A DNA stretch of 64,000 bases from Ophelia neglecta (lineage: Eukaryota). Below the pieces are notes generated by a model. That model did no database searches and was not told the DNA's origin. It was given only the letters and a program-made list of their open reading frames with translations. The stretch spans positions 90,954,001-91,018,000 of the forward strand of contig OZ260663.1 of the NCBI GenBank assembly GCA_965285935.1. The letters run 5' to 3'. The number at the start of each line of letters is the position of its first letter. Position 1 is the stretch's first letter. The position numbers and the translations under genes were made by a program. Positions 1 to 22,192 of the stretch are shown in pieces.

Positions 1-166
1 CAGCCAAAGAAAGAATCTTAGCACACAAACTTTGTTGCTGTCTGTCAGCAGAGCAGTGATATATGAACTTTGCAAGAATTTTAAAATTTAATTTCTTGTG
101 GCAAAACCCCATTGAATTTTCTCTTGGAGACAGATCAATGTTTAGGGTACCAATGGTTTGTAAGTA

Positions 167-344
167 CAGTGAAACCTGCCTTACAGACCACCTCTATAAT
201 CAGACCACCTGGCAATTCAGACCACTAATCAGCATACAATACTGTACAATGTTAATTTAAAATAACCTGTCCAACCAGATCACCTCCATAATCAGACCAG
301 TATTTTCCAGTCCCTCAGGTGGTCTCAATTCACAGGTTTCACTG
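167..344. mobile_element. pogo/Tigger-like MITE (CAGTGAAACCTG TIR), copy 1
   Basis: TA+cagtgaaacctg...caggtttcactg with internal agaccacc repeats; homologous to 4419-4598 and 25288-25470. Confidence 0.8.
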
Positions 345-756
345 AAATTCAAAAGCTGATTTTTTTTTGCATTCGGCTCTTCATAATAAAGCCAAACTGC
401 ATGGTTTTATTTTCATCTAATGAGCATCATGTGAAAACAATAGAATGATATATTTAATGGTGCAAACACCTCTGGGCAATGTGTTGGGGCTACTGAATAG
501 ACACAGTCTGCTGGACAGTACAAGCTACTACTCTCTTGGCTCATACTACTGTCTGTTTGTCTTTCATTTTACTTTTTGACATTCTAATACCATCAGGCCC
601 AATTAATCTCATAACAGGACCGTCGCAGCGCTTGAAAAAAAAATGATGCTATATAATTTGGAGGGCTAATGTCAAGTAATTATATGTAATATGCGGTTTG
701 GTAAACAGCACCGCCATTTTGGTCTATATATATGCCCATTAACTCAAGTCCATCTG

Positions 757-831
757 CTACTAACTTTTAACTTTTTGTGGTCTACTAACTTTTAACTTTT
801 TGTGGTCTACTAACTTTTAACTTTTTGTGGT
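757..831. repeat. 25-bp tandem repeat x3
   Basis: ctactaacttttaactttttgtggt, three exact copies. Confidence 0.9.
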
Positions 832-1227
832 AAAGTCATATTCATATAACCTGATTGAGTTATTATTATCTGTATGTCCCAGCTGTCAATATATCTTCAG
901 GTGTATTTGCAACACTTTGCATTGGACATTATGTAGTAGAGAATGGATTAGTAGATTCTTAGATCTGAATTGCCAAGAAGTGAATGCACAGAGGAAGCTT
1001 GGTACATGTACTACAAATGGATCTGTTTTAGCAGCCTTTCTGTTATGTTGAATATTTTATATTATTTAGTGAGTCGGGTTTAGGTACACAAGACAATATT
1101 AATAGATTTGTGCATGGACATGCACACGAGGCACTCGACAATTCCATTGTCCTCAGTAGATTCTTGCTTCCGAATCTACTGAATGAACAATGAGGTGATG
1201 AAAATATCTAAAATAATGTTGTCTTAC

Positions 1228-3766
1228 TGAGAGGACGGATATATCTAGATCTCGGAGGTTGGTGCAGGTGTCAGCCACGGCCTGCAGTCCTGCCGGGGTT
1301 AGACTGGAGCAGTGACATAGGATCAGGGTCTCCAGCCTGGGACAGCTCTCACATATCATCTGAAAATAAAATCAGCATATAAAACTATAAAACATGACAT
1401 GCATGTGGGGGGGGGGGGGGGGGGGATGGGGAGGTTACTTGGTGGGACGTGGACATTTGCATTTGCAGGATGGGTTTACATGAAAAATAGGGGGGGGGGG
1501 GGGGGGAGAACAATCAAAGTGACCCAAGTTTTGTGTTGAAATTGAAAAATGGGAATTGCATAGTATACAAAAGAAAGCTGAAAGCCAATTGCTAATGAAA
1601 CTCGGGGATCTAGCTAATTCTCTTCACCCAGAGGGGTCTGGTGGAGAGCACTGTAGGGGCGACTGTGTTAAGTGTGTTTTAATGAAACTTTTCTTGTCAT
1701 TAGGAGGGGTATCATAAAATTGACACCAGTGGCAGGGGGGAGGAGGTTCAGTTCTGCCTCCCTTCCCCTATTCACTGGGCATAGTTTCAATTGCGAGAGA
1801 CACAGCACTGGAATAAATTGTGAAAATGGAGGTCCTTTCCAGCAGAAGACAGGGATTCAGATAGGCAAAACACTGGCTGGAATTACGTTTCTGTCTTAAT
1901 ACACCTCCCAAAATCAGCTAAATAAATTCGAACCAATCAACATGCTAGTTACAGTACACTGTCATGTTACCAACCACAAGTAGACTGGTAGATGGAAATG
2001 GAGAATTTTACAAAATCATGATCCATCATGGTCAATGATTTAATTTTCCCAGAGTCACCTCACAGTATATTCTCTCGATGCTAGTATCTATATCTATAAA
2101 ATATAAATTGAATATAGCATACCAGTGATTTATTAGGAATTATTGCAATTACATGTATATTAGTCTGAGACTTATCCAAACCTGTAGGTCCCGATCTGAC
2201 ATGCTGAGCCAGGCAGTTAGGTTTAACACTTCTGTGTGCTGAACTTTATAGCAACACAGATCTGATAGCATTTGTATCCCGGCATGTGATCGTGGTATCC
2301 AGCCTGATGACAGGTCCAATATTTTCCACAATTCTGGGGCACTGCTAACCTCATTCCAACGGCGACACACGCGGGCAGCTCTGTATAAAAAACAAGACTC
2401 AACAGTTAGTGCTTTATCAAAAAGTACAGAGTTGAGAAAAAGGCACTATTGAAATTCATCAGTTCCTCAATAGTTTTACGACATTAGTTTTCGCAAAAAA
2501 AGAGTTACAGTTATGCTACTACTATTAACTTGTCTTATGTCTAGCAGAAGATATTTAAGTTCAAATTTAGAATGAAATATTTCACAATACACAATTACAG
2601 TGTTTTATAAAAACATAGTTCACTGGGAGAAATAAATGTCCACTAAATGAGAAGATTATCTCACATTTCAATATTATCACAGCTAGAAATGGGACTGGCT
2701 GCTACATTACACAAACCAAGAGGTGCAATCATTGAAATGAGAATTCTCCCATTGCACTCTGTGGGTTTAATATGAATACCTATGGACCCAAAGTAAGTCC
2801 ATCTGACACTGGATTATGTTTGTATAGTGCTATCCTGTTGATCACTTTGAAAACATAATTGCATTTAGTGAGTTGAATTCACTAGCAATTACTACATTTA
2901 GTCCAAAGTGAGGCCATTAGGCTGACACTGGAGTATAGCATACAATAAAGCTGTCAATAACATCTCTAGCTAAAGCCAAATTCTATTGACTGCCCTTTAA
3001 TCTAACATATGAGCAAATCACATGGTCTGCTAAGTAAGATCTGTTTAGAGAGCAGATCGTATGATTTTCTCATGAATTAAGTGTTCATGCAACAGCAAGA
3101 ATTAAATCAGATTAAGAACACAAAGGTGTCATGAGTTGGAATGGCCTGAACACTGGTTCCTTGTTTCAAGTGACCACGGGTATACGATATTTACTTGCAC
3201 TGTGTTGGAACTTCATGATAAATTTATAAAGTGTGACTGTAGTGTCTTAATTGGCGACTAATAATTCTAAAAGTACTCGGAACTTGTACTCACATAGAAG
3301 TACTCGTAGTCGTACTTGAGTACATCCAGGATTTTTTTGTACTCATACTCATGTGATTGGCAATTACTCGTTCTTGTACTCGAGTACATTAGCCCTGTAC
3401 TCGCCCCAACCCTGGTATTAAATATGGCACAATATTAAGCAGATGTCTGGGTAACACCGTAATCAGTCACTTGTATCAGCGTGAGCCGCGCCCCTAGTGA
3501 TCTGGGCTACCCGTAATCTGGTAATGGGAGAAGAGTTGTCATTTGAGTTCTTACCTGCACAGAACAGGGACCGGTCCTCTTGGCTTGATTGCTTCCCTGA
3601 ATATTCTCAATAAAACTTCAGTTGGTAAATACTGCCCCCATCCACCACATGCACCAGGATCATTTTCCTCGTGCTGACCCCTGTCAATATTGGCTTGGAT
3701 TTTAGGCTCCAATTGGACATTCATCAAACAGGGCAAAAATGTGTCAAAGCCATTTTCACTTGACAT
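1228..3766 (-). CDS. FBXL6: F-box/LRR-repeat protein 6-like, 5' part (exons 3555-3766, 2182-2380, 1228-1359; continues beyond window start)
   Basis: Spliced product reads GWGQYLPTEVLLRIF...GPVPVLCR|AARVCRRWNEVSSAPELWKILDLS...|MICESCPRLETLILCHCSSLTPAGLQAVADTCTNLRDLDIS, matching my recollection of the FBXL6 F-box (GWGDRIP...GPMPFLGRAARVCRRW) and first LRRs. GT/AG sites are phase-compatible (2,0,0). ATG at 3766 is the likely but unproven start. Confidence 0.85.
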
Positions 3767-4418
3767 ATTTAACACACAAATCTAGATGTAACCTTAAATA
3801 TTAGTTTCCCCAACTAGCCAATGATATGATGATGCACAAGTGCATGTAAGTTCCTTATCCCCTCATAAGTTCATAGAGAACGTCGCTATGCTACTTTTAA
3901 TTGTTTTCACTAGACTTCCATCTTTTCATATAACTAAACGACTATTTGTAAACTTTGAGCACGCAGGTGCTATGTCACACTGTATAGCTGTACTTGATCA
4001 AGATGGCCTTGACTGAGAAATCATTAATCATTTATTTAACGCATGCGTCTTTGCGGCTGGCAGGTGTCATGGTTGTATTGGTATCGTTTTTTTGCCGTTG
4101 TGCTATGTGAACAACAAAATAAACCACTGAAAAAAAAACAGATTTTGTGCTACGACTGAGCCCAACATAAATCAAAAAAAAGGTCCGGAAGAATTATTTA
4201 GTACCATAACAAAGAGGAGATAGCAACCAGGGTAAGGAAAGAGACACTCTCACAATACTACTCACCCACGCAGTATAATTCCGAGTAGTATAATATAGTA
4301 CCTAGACTCATCATGTGGAAATTAACTTTCACATGGACGTATTAGTATTAACTTTTTTCAGAAACTTTACTGGTGAGTATTAGGCTAATGGCCATTGTTC
4401 CTGGTACGAACAATTATA

Positions 4419-4598
4419 CAGTGAAACCTGCCTTCAAGACCACCTCTACATTCAGACCAGCTGCAAATTCAGACCACTAATTTGAGGACCATATTAATAT
4501 ACACATTCACTGTAAAATACCCATGTAAACAGACCACCTCTACCAATCTTACCAGTAAATTTAAATCTTTGGGTGGTCTTAATTCAAAGGTTTCACTG
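4419..4598. mobile_element. pogo/Tigger-like MITE, copy 2
   Basis: TA TSD on both sides, same TIR and internal motifs; followed by (TA)n. Confidence 0.8.
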
Positions 4599-4619
4599 TA
4601 TATATATGGTAAGCATACA

Positions 4620-4675
<56 letters not shown>
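4599..4675. repeat. (TA)n microsatellite
   Basis: Interrupted TA run adjoining the MITE end. Confidence 0.9.
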
Positions 4676-4683
<8 letters not shown>

Positions 4684-5041
4684 CTTACCATTGCTGAATC
4701 AATTAATATTTGCAATTAATTTCTTTATCTTAGGGTTAATAAATGGTTTAAAATGGGGAATTTTTTATACTGGCTTTTTCATCCCACACATTGAAGTAAG
4801 TGAAAAAGTAACTTCAGGGAAAACTATTTTATTTTCATTTTGTGCAGTTTTGAAATTTTGAAAAGCCGTTACGGATTGCACTGTGTGCAGTGTGGTCCCT
4901 TGATAGATAGATTACAAGCTGTACTAGGCAGTGTCCTCTCTGTCCCTAACCCTTTTCCTAACCCTATCAATACCCACGGCCCTAGCCTTAGCCTTGCTGA
5001 CCATGATTTTCTTTGTGTTACTCAGAAATATCCATGACCTT

Positions 5042-5249
5042 CCGTGGCGGATTCAGGGGGAGGAGGGGGGGTGGGGGACCCAGCCCCCCGACTTTTTGCC
5101 AAAAAGTGGGCCTGGACCAGAGCCTATTTCTGGACCAATATGCAAGGTGGTTTCAGAAGGTTGGTAATGGGGACAATCCAGACATTGGCCTTGTCAGCCT
5201 TGGAAAATTTGCCCCCCCCCCCCTTCCTGAAAGCCTGGATCCGTCACTG
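5042..5249. mobile_element. G/C-tract MITE (gtggcggat...ggatccgtcactg)
   Basis: Inverted termini with poly-G and poly-C subterminal tracts; TSD ambiguous. Confidence 0.55.
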
Positions 5250-6600
5250 ACCTTCACCTCCAGGTAGCCTCCCCACCGCCATGTTTAATCCATTGCCTCC
5301 TGTTTCTAATTAAGAGCTGTGCTTTAACCAACATACAAGACCCCTGCCAAAATTAAGTCACTGAGGAAAATAAATCCAAACAAGAAATAATAATTAAAAG
5401 TATTTATTAGTATAATAAGTTCATAACATATATAGCCTACTTGCATACAAAGTGTACAACCACCCAGCAGACGTTTGTAGACCTGGTGTAAGACAAGTGG
5501 GTTGGTTGTCATGGTGACAGTGTCTCCCAGAGGGGGTTCTGGTGCTCCTCGGGGAGGAGACCACGGTCACGTCCTATTTGTCTAAAACATCTTATTGAAG
5601 AAAAGACAGCTTTGATTCCCATATAACTTTAATCCAATCCGCATATATATGTACAAACAATTCAATTATTCAAATATAATGAGCAACAGTCAACAAATTT
5701 CTCTTTATCAATTAAGTAACAAGGTGTAGTCTATTCATAAAATGTCAATGCAATTAAAATCCTTTAAATGTATACTATTCAAGTTTCATTTCAAGCACAT
5801 ACACAACACCTATGATCTAGCCTAGCAATCCCTGTAAGAGAATTTAAGTTATCACAAGGCTTGTTAATAGAAAAAATAGAACCAGGCTTTCAATAAGATA
5901 AGGTCATCTGCTTTATATGTAAGTACTAATTAATTTAAAGAATCGTGTGGCAACGAAACTGTAAAATGTGCTTCTGTCATAGTGAACATCATTTAAAGTT
6001 AGGCAATCACTAAAATAACACAAAATTAAATGACCATACCTATTCTTTTATCAAAAACATCCCATAATTAGACTGTTGTGTACCAGCAAATAGTTTTGCC
6101 GTAAACATGTCCGCTGCAAACACATTGCAGATATACTTTACACTAGCAAATAATTCTACGGTTGATTCATTAAATAAATAATCTATCAATGAACAAAATA
6201 AAATGTAAACTAAAATTATTAAAATGCTACATGTCTACAGTAAAAAAGTTTGTGCGCTTATGGAAAGAAATGTGAAAATTAATTCAGAGAAAAGAGTAAG
6301 TAGTGATTAAATTGGAGTCTGCAAAATTTACCAGGCAGTGTAGCTGCTGGACTATAGAACGCCTGCATTGTGTTAGAATGGTAGGAACTTATATATGTTA
6401 CCTACCTAATGCCATTTGAATGGTAAATCTAAGTGCATAACTAGCTGAACTACAGTTTACAAAAGACAAGCATGACTTGACTGACCTTACCCGGCCGTCC
6501 CCGGCTTACAAACTACAAGCAAGACTTGTCTGACTGTGCCTGGTTGCCCCTGGCTTTCTACTGGCTGAGAATCAACAGGTGTTTTTCCACATGGGAGTTA

Positions 6601-7247
6601 AAGGGGAAGTTCCCAGTTTCTGTTCGTTTGCCCAATTTACAAATTTCTAATCATGAAATAATGAAAAAAACTTGACATTTTCTTCAGAAGTCTCCTGTGA
6701 ACTTTACCTATCAAATACCTAACTTGGTATGTTAAATACTATGGAAGAAGGTCTACCTTGACACCAAAATCTGATTTCTACTTCTAGATCTAGTGTATCG
6801 AAAATTTGCGCATGCCATGCACCCATTTTCACAAATAATAGAGCACCGGACAAGGGCGTTCTAAAACTGAAAAACAGATGTCGCTGTGACTTTTGGATCA
6901 GGGGATGTAGGGCTAAAGTGTTGTGGCATGCATGAGTCGCATTTCAAAACTTACTGTCCGAGGGTCAAAAAGACAAAATTTTGCCTGAGAAATGGGTTTG
7001 TTGATGTTTTTGAGCGTGACAGATTGGCACAAGAAAATTACTTAGGCTATGCTTCATTGCACTATGGCAGCTGGCAGAAATGACCCTACTGACTTGTACA
7101 TGCGATTTGTCAGACACTGGAGCCAGTGCCCGCACACCAATAATTCTGAAATTTTGCCTGGTACCATGTTTAGGTCCAGAGGAAACCTGTGTAAAATTTC
7201 AGAATTCTATTTTCGGTTAAAAAAAATGGCCAATGCCAGGAACTTCC
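6601..7247. mobile_element. Possible Kolobok-like non-autonomous element
   Basis: ttaaaggggaagttccc start and partial inverted end ggaacttcc; right TTAA missing. Confidence 0.35.
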
Positions 7248-7634
7248 AGAATTACTAGCAGAAAAAACAAGGTAGACATCTTAAATACCTCTGACAAAAA
7301 GTATGGCAGTGGCTGGAAGAACATTTAAACATTAACTGGAAGTCGATATCTGCTTCTGTTAAGATTTATCATTTTACATAAAAACAATATTTTTTGTTCA
7401 TAAAATTCTACCTCTGGTGCTAAAATCACCATAATCAAACACCTTATCCAAAGAATATGGCTTTACAGGATGTGTGAAAATCTAAATGGGCTATGGCGAA
7501 AAATTCTGTCTTGTTAGGCACTTCACGCAAACCAGTGGAAAAATAAACAAACAATGTGACATGGGGGATGCCTATATAGAATGCCTATTGGCGTTCTATG
7601 ATTATTGAGGAAGGCTGATAGTTTAACCTTGAAA

Positions 7635-7828
7635 TACTGTAAAACCCTTATTTTTTTGAGCACTTTATTTTGCAATTTTGCTAGAAGGGACAATCTGCCA
7701 AATTAATGGGCCCACAAGCTAGAAGCTATTAAAAACACTAAATCACAAAAAAATAAAAAGCAGCAAAATATGATGAAATGTCAAAACCACCATTATTATG
7801 GACCATGCAATAGAAGGATTTTACAGTA
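7635..7828. mobile_element. TACTGTAAAA-type MITE
   Basis: tactgtaaaacc...ggattttacagta inverted ends; related fragments near 13010-13210, 34960-35250 and 52070-52340. Confidence 0.6.
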
Positions 7829-9102
7829 GCACATATTTAACGGCCCCCCAAAAAAAAGGGACTCAACTTCATTACGACTATTAAAAAATTGGAATGGATT
7901 TACCTGAAAAACTTAGATGTCATGTAGAGCCGAGCAAATGAGCTTTTTAAGATATGAGAATCATAATAAACTTTTTGGTGCTAAAAAAACATTGAGTCCA
8001 TAATAATCTGATCTATTCTAGTATTGAAAGTGACCTTTCTTTAAGACTGAATAATACATTTCTCGCAATTTTTCTCTCACCTGTATTGAGATTTCATAAA
8101 TAAAGGAACAGTTGTTTTGCACGCAGTTTTTGGATGATTCTGTAAATCCTGCTACTTGTATTGTATAATGTTAATATGGATATAAAAATAACTCTTTGAA
8201 TAATCTATTGTCACATTTACATAACATGATAAAGAGAGGACTCTGATGTAAAAAAAACACATTTAAGTTAGGAGTTTTTTTTTTTTTGGAGTAAGGTATT
8301 AAATAAGGTATGAACTGTCAAGGAGGGGGCAGGGTTACTGTATATTTAGTGGCTGATAGGCAGCATCAGCAAAATACATCCTGCCCCAAAACCACCAAGA
8401 AAATGACATAAAACAAAATGAAAGGCATCAAGCAATATTGTGGAGATGGACTAAAAGGCAGGCATTATTTTTTGAAAGTATATGAAGAACATAAATAACC
8501 ATATTTATACCATAATATAAAAACTGACCTATAGGCAGATGCTGGCAAATTGGTTATACCGTGACCTAAAATACCTTTATATAATACAAGCACTTGACAA
8601 TGATATGCCTTTGTGGGTGAATATGGTACAATTACATTGACTTTTAATATCTTCTAAAAAATAGCTCTGTTTTATCACTAATTCAACATGAATGAGATCT
8701 TGTTGTTACTTGTACCAGAAAATTCTGATTTGTTTTAAAGTATGGCCAAAAAATAATATTAATTTTTTGATTTTTCAATAAACCTTAAAATAACCTTCAC
8801 ATGTTTTGGTTTATTAAAACCAGATAGCAGTGTGTATAGAAATCTATACAAATATACATCTAATTTGTCTGCACCATCAGTAAGTACCATTATTTAATAT
8901 ATATAAATTGTTCAACAGGCTAAACATTCATAAATATATGAAAACTCTCAAAGTCCACTTAAACACTCTCACTGAATATAAAATACTTCCCAAAATGTTA
9001 CATAAATATTTCACATTGAAGCATGACTTGTAGCACAGACATCATACATCTCTCCTATTCTGATTGGTTAATTTCTTAATCTAACTAACATTGCACATGT
9101 TG

Positions 9103-17315
<8,213 letters not shown>

Positions 17316-18398
17316 TCACCACCCCAGTGATGGACCTCGGCACTCTAGCCAGCCACCAATGGCTAATGATTCTTAAGGTGTCTCACAGAAATATTAGCCC
17401 AAGTGGCTAGCGCTGTTGTCAGGAGAGAAGGCAACAGAAAACTGGATTTCTGTCAGTGTTTAATCAAAATTAAAGCAGTGATATCTTTATAATTATATTA
17501 AGGAGAGGGGCGCTGCACCTTAAAGGAAAAATGGCCACATTTGATGGGCTTATAATTTTGCTTCTGGTCGGGTCATACAAAACATCCAAACCGACCGAAA
17601 CCCAATGAAAACGACTGAAACTACCCCAAACTAAGTATTAAAATAAAGAATGGGGAGCCTAGGCAGAATCGTTTGCATGTTTTAAAATGGTTAAATTTGC
17701 CAAAATAAGAAATCTTAAATGATAAAGAAACAAGTTTATTCTAGTGTGTAATACACATGGGTTGTTATATGCCTCAAATATCTTAATGTCGGATTTGGTC
17801 GGTTTCAATGTTTAGTGTGACCGGATCGCTTCCACCAATTCCAGTTTTCATCACTTTGATTAGGGTACATGTGATAAGAAGCCAAGTGGGTACATGTGTT
17901 AATAGATAAATAGGATCAGAGCTAGGATTGATTCAGTATACATGTATCAGCACTGCCAGGTTTTAGCTGCTTAACTATGGGATATATAAATGGAGTAGCT
18001 AGGAGAAACACATTGTAAACCATTTGAGAAAAATAAAATAATTTTCACACCCATGAGTCAAATTACCAGTTAAAAACTTTGGATTTTCCTTGATTTTGTG
18101 TGAAAGGACATATGAAAATATTTTTTCATTTGTGTTTGAATGAATTTTGTTTCTTGGCAGCCCTGTCAGATAAAAGAGAATTTCTTCTGTTGCAGCCATG
18201 CTCCTAGACGGTTGATTTCATTTTGCAGTAAGGTCATCTAGCTAGCTAGAGTGCTGTTATTCATTGTGACTTACAGATTTGCAGATAATTTTGCTTTTTT
18301 TCTGTAGACTTAGCATGCCATTTTAATCAAGAAACTGATTTTATTAATCAATATTTTTATATGAAATTCTTTATAGAAATGTTCACTATTTATATTAC

Positions 18399-18413
18399 CT
18401 GAGCTATAGACAT
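18399..18413 (-). CDS. PQLC1: Candidate first coding segment of PQLC1 (MSIAQ)
   Basis: ATG TCT ATA GCT CAG|GTAATA joins in phase 0 to the exon starting at 17255 (AEKIFGD...). A strong acceptor lies ~95 nt upstream (~18508). An internal ATG near 17228 is an alternative start. Confidence 0.45.
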
Positions 18414-19982
18414 CTAAATGAGTTTCTGGCTACCAAGTTCAGCATTCAGATCAAAGTAATGTAAGAGGCATCGAACACAGTCAACACATCAAGTAAAACT
18501 GGTAAGCTGGCAAGAAAATGAATAAAACAACAGACAAATAATAATAATAATAATAAAACTGTGAAAATAAAACTAACGTTTTAAATGATTCTATGCTCCT
18601 GCCAGTGTGTGAGCGGGTAATACTTAATATTAAATCTGGCAGGAGTGAACAAAAGTTCCCTTAATTAAAGATGCTGTTAATTCACAAATGCCCACAAGGA
18701 CAGATTCGACTGTACGCTAGTATTATATGAAGCTTATGTAACTCTAGGCACAAAAGTGCAAATTAATAGATGTTACCCAAAAAACTACAAAGTCAAGAAA
18801 GATTTAAACTACATAGTCAAGAAAGATTTAAAATGTACAGTAATACAAACGACATGAATTCCAAATTTCTGAGACTAAAAAGAAAAAACAAAATACTCAT
18901 AATATGCACCAAATGGCAGGGTGGTGTCTAAATTTGGTAAGATGTTCTCCCCCTTTGGGATATTATCACATTTTTAGAACATATCCCCAAAGTGAGCATA
19001 TTTTCATATCTCTGCCTAGGCTGATCCCTGTCTTTGATCTTGAATCAATGATCAAAATCCGAGCATGGAATATTAATGCTTAAATTCCCGGAACACAGTA
19101 AATTAAAAAAGCCAATCCTGAGGGTGGGAAATTCCCCTAACCCCATCGCAGAGAGGTTCCATAGGCCTAAACGGTTGAAACCACATAATATATTCTCTTT
19201 TGGGGTGCATGCTAGGTGGGCTTCCTCTGTAGTAAACACATGCCATGACAGTCCTTCCTTGATAACAGGTTTTGAAGCTAATGGGCGATTAATTGACTGA
19301 GTCTAGAAAAACTTTGCCAGTCAAGCAAACTTCATCAAGGTATTAAAACTAATGCCATAACAGATGGGAGGCATAGTTCAAAAGTTTACTAAAAGAAAAG
19401 AAAAAGTTGGCTTCAAAGCATGTGTTCGTAGCTACCCTCTGAATATCACCTCGTCTACATATGAGTACCAGAGTAAAGACTCTGTAGTGAGTACTCAATA
19501 TCTAGAGACAGGTATTTATAAGCCAAAAATAGATAAACGATTATCCGAAGCAAGTACACACCCCTACTACATAAACGCGAGAGTCCTATCATATAAAGGT
19601 TTCCTATAGTTAGTATTTAGGTTGGAGCTGACGGCTTTTAAGTGCACTTAGCCTGAAGCGTTCTCACTGTGGTGTTGTGTCCATAAATTTGGCATGACAC
19701 CCTTGAAATAGTGTCGAACCACCATCTGACAATAATCTACTATAGATCTGATTTGGATCAGCTGCAGGATGTGACATGTATTCGTGTGCACTATTTTGCG
19801 TTCGAGCCTTTTTAAATACAAAATATATAGCCGAGTCTTTCTAAATTAAGCCGAATTATTTTCTTAACATTTACAAGGCATTCATGCTATCATCTGTTTC
19901 CAAAAATACATGTAGTTTAATGCATATGTACCTCTGCTCTGGAAAAGTTCAGGGTTCGGCTGCTACGTATGTGTCGGATATC

Positions 19983-21887
19983 GGTACGTACCGTTTGGCG
20001 GAAAACGCGGAAATCGTGGAAATCGCGGAAATCCCTTTTCTGACCCTAAAAAGGGTTTTTAAAGTGCAAAATAACTTTAACTTTCCTCTAACTATGTATC
20101 TGCTGCATAATAAACTTGAATTCAACCTATCTGTCTTCACGGCAAAATAATTCCGTGAAATATTATTTTTGGTAGTCTCCATTCAGACTTACCACTGGCC
20201 GCTTATGCAATGGACAATATTGGCGTGTATTCTAGCGGTCTTTAGGGTATATGTATGTATGTAATTACTCCTCAGCTTTTACGTTTGTAACTAATGTTTT
20301 CTTTGGCATATATATCCCACATTTTGATTACTATGCTTCTTCCGTTTTCACGCTGAATTACTATTTCCTTCCCTTATTAAGAGGAAATTTAATTGACAAC
20401 TGCTGTCACTGTCAATTGTTTCTTAAAACCACTGTGACAGCAACTGTCAATGGCCGGGTCAACTTTCTTTCACTGTGCTTATCATTAACCAGTTTAACCA
20501 ACTTTAATAAATAATTGTCACCTTCACCTTTAAGGCTTCGTTTACCAAATATTTCACGACATAAACATGAGGTTATTGGACATCTGAAACTGATTTTCAT
20601 ACATTTTTCACAAAGGTGCTTTTTATCAAATAGGCTTTCATAAGTTTTGTTTGCCAACTATTTTGTCGTGGTTTTCGTATTAGAATATCTTTTTTGTCTT
20701 GGAGAATTGCGAATATAGTTAATGTTTGAAGTGGGTTGTAGTAGACTGTCAGAACTGTAGAATTAAGTGACTGAGCAGAACTGACTTAAGGTGAAATTAC
20801 CCTTACTTATACCCTGCATTTGTCAGTGACTCAAATTAAAGCTGTTAAATTAATCTGATTGGTTAATAACTAATCCTAGTGGACAATGATTGGTTTACTT
20901 TGTTTCTACACTTTTGTCAGGTGCTAAATACAAACTAAGCAATTGAGCCCAAATGTGTGAAAATCTTGTTTCTTTTGATGCACCATCTGGACACTGATCA
21001 AAGTATAATCAAAGAAGTAAAACTCTTTGTGCTATATAAACATTGACTTAGTTTTTAATGTTGTCCTGTTATTTTTGTGTAATCTGCTAGTAGGGGTTCT
21101 TATACAATATAAAAACTGTAAAAAAAATTGGCTGTAAAAGCCATCACATACTCGCTTTGATGAATTGCATCTCTTTTAAATGTGTCAAATATTACACATC
21201 CAATTCAGTATAAACCACTAGATATGAATTGGTGAATGGAAGGCCCCATTCTTGAAAGTTTTAACTCTTTTAACTTTTTAACTAACCTTCTCTGCAAATA
21301 TATATATATACAGTGAAACCTGTGTTTGTGGAAATTATCTGGAGGACAACACACACACGAACAATAATCGAGCATCAGTTACATATTTAGAAATATTTTA
21401 TTCGACCAAAGAAAACAACCGCGCCAGTCTAGATGACCGTTTGCATCGCCTTTTGCATGATGTAGGGGGCCCTGGTCCGCTGTACAGGTTTAAGTGATGT
21501 TCCAGACTGCGAAAATGTCTGACACGAATGTTAGGTTTTTAGTCGTTTTTGAAGTGATTATGTAAAAAAAATTACCAAAGTGTTCTTCAAGGTGCAATTA
21601 CTTGATAAAAACAATTTCCGAGGTGGAAAACTATAATACATTAGCAACAAGGAACCTTAACTTGAGTAATAGATGTTTCCAAATTTCCGCAAATTGCGAG
21701 TTGACAGCCCGATTACAATATTTCTTGGTGTACACATTACATAGCTTTTTATAGAACAAAAACACTGGTGACAATTATATATACACATATTTATTGACAT
21801 GTAGCATTAAATTGGCCAAATGTGATCAGAAATGTGATATATAAGCATTTCCGCGTTTTCCGCGTTTTCCGCCAATCGGTACGTACC
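19983..21887. mobile_element. Non-autonomous TIR element with 9-bp TSD (Mutator/MULE-like), 1905 bp
   Basis: TIRs ggtacgtaccg(t/a)ttggcggaaaacgcggaaa at both ends with cgcggaaa subrepeats; perfect TSD tcggatatc at 19974-19982 and 21888-21896; no transposase ORF. Confidence 0.88.
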
Positions 21888-21896
21888 TCGGATATC

Positions 21897-22192
21897 TTCT
21901 TCCGGCAATGCGGACTTCAGCTGACGATTTTCGCTGATTGGCTGATAGTAGCGTAAATCTCAAATACAAAACCATAACATTTAGTCGGCATTAATGTTTA
22001 TATATTAAATTCGTAGTTAAGATTTTGAGGTATGTAATTTTATTGCTCAGAAACTATAAATGTAATTCATAAAGTCATTTAGTACCGCAAATTGAGACTT
22101 AAAGTATCTTTCAATACATATTTATTTTGCATGCTTTATCACATACCAGTTCACGGAATGCAATTCGTGTTTTAGGTTTTACTCTAAGCAAG
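21897..22192. promoter_or_regulatory. Probable ZRANB2 promoter / 5'UTR, part of a divergent promoter with PQLC1
   Basis: CpG-containing; ETS-like cttccgg, CCAAT (gattgg) and YY1-like caagatggc at the ATG; acceptor-like ttttag at 22175 implies a non-coding first exon. Motif-level evidence only. Confidence 0.45.

Noticed and set aside
1407-1507. Poly-G tracts as functional G-quadruplex elements
   Set aside because: G/C homopolymers recur throughout the window, mostly inside MITE remnants; nothing locus-specific.
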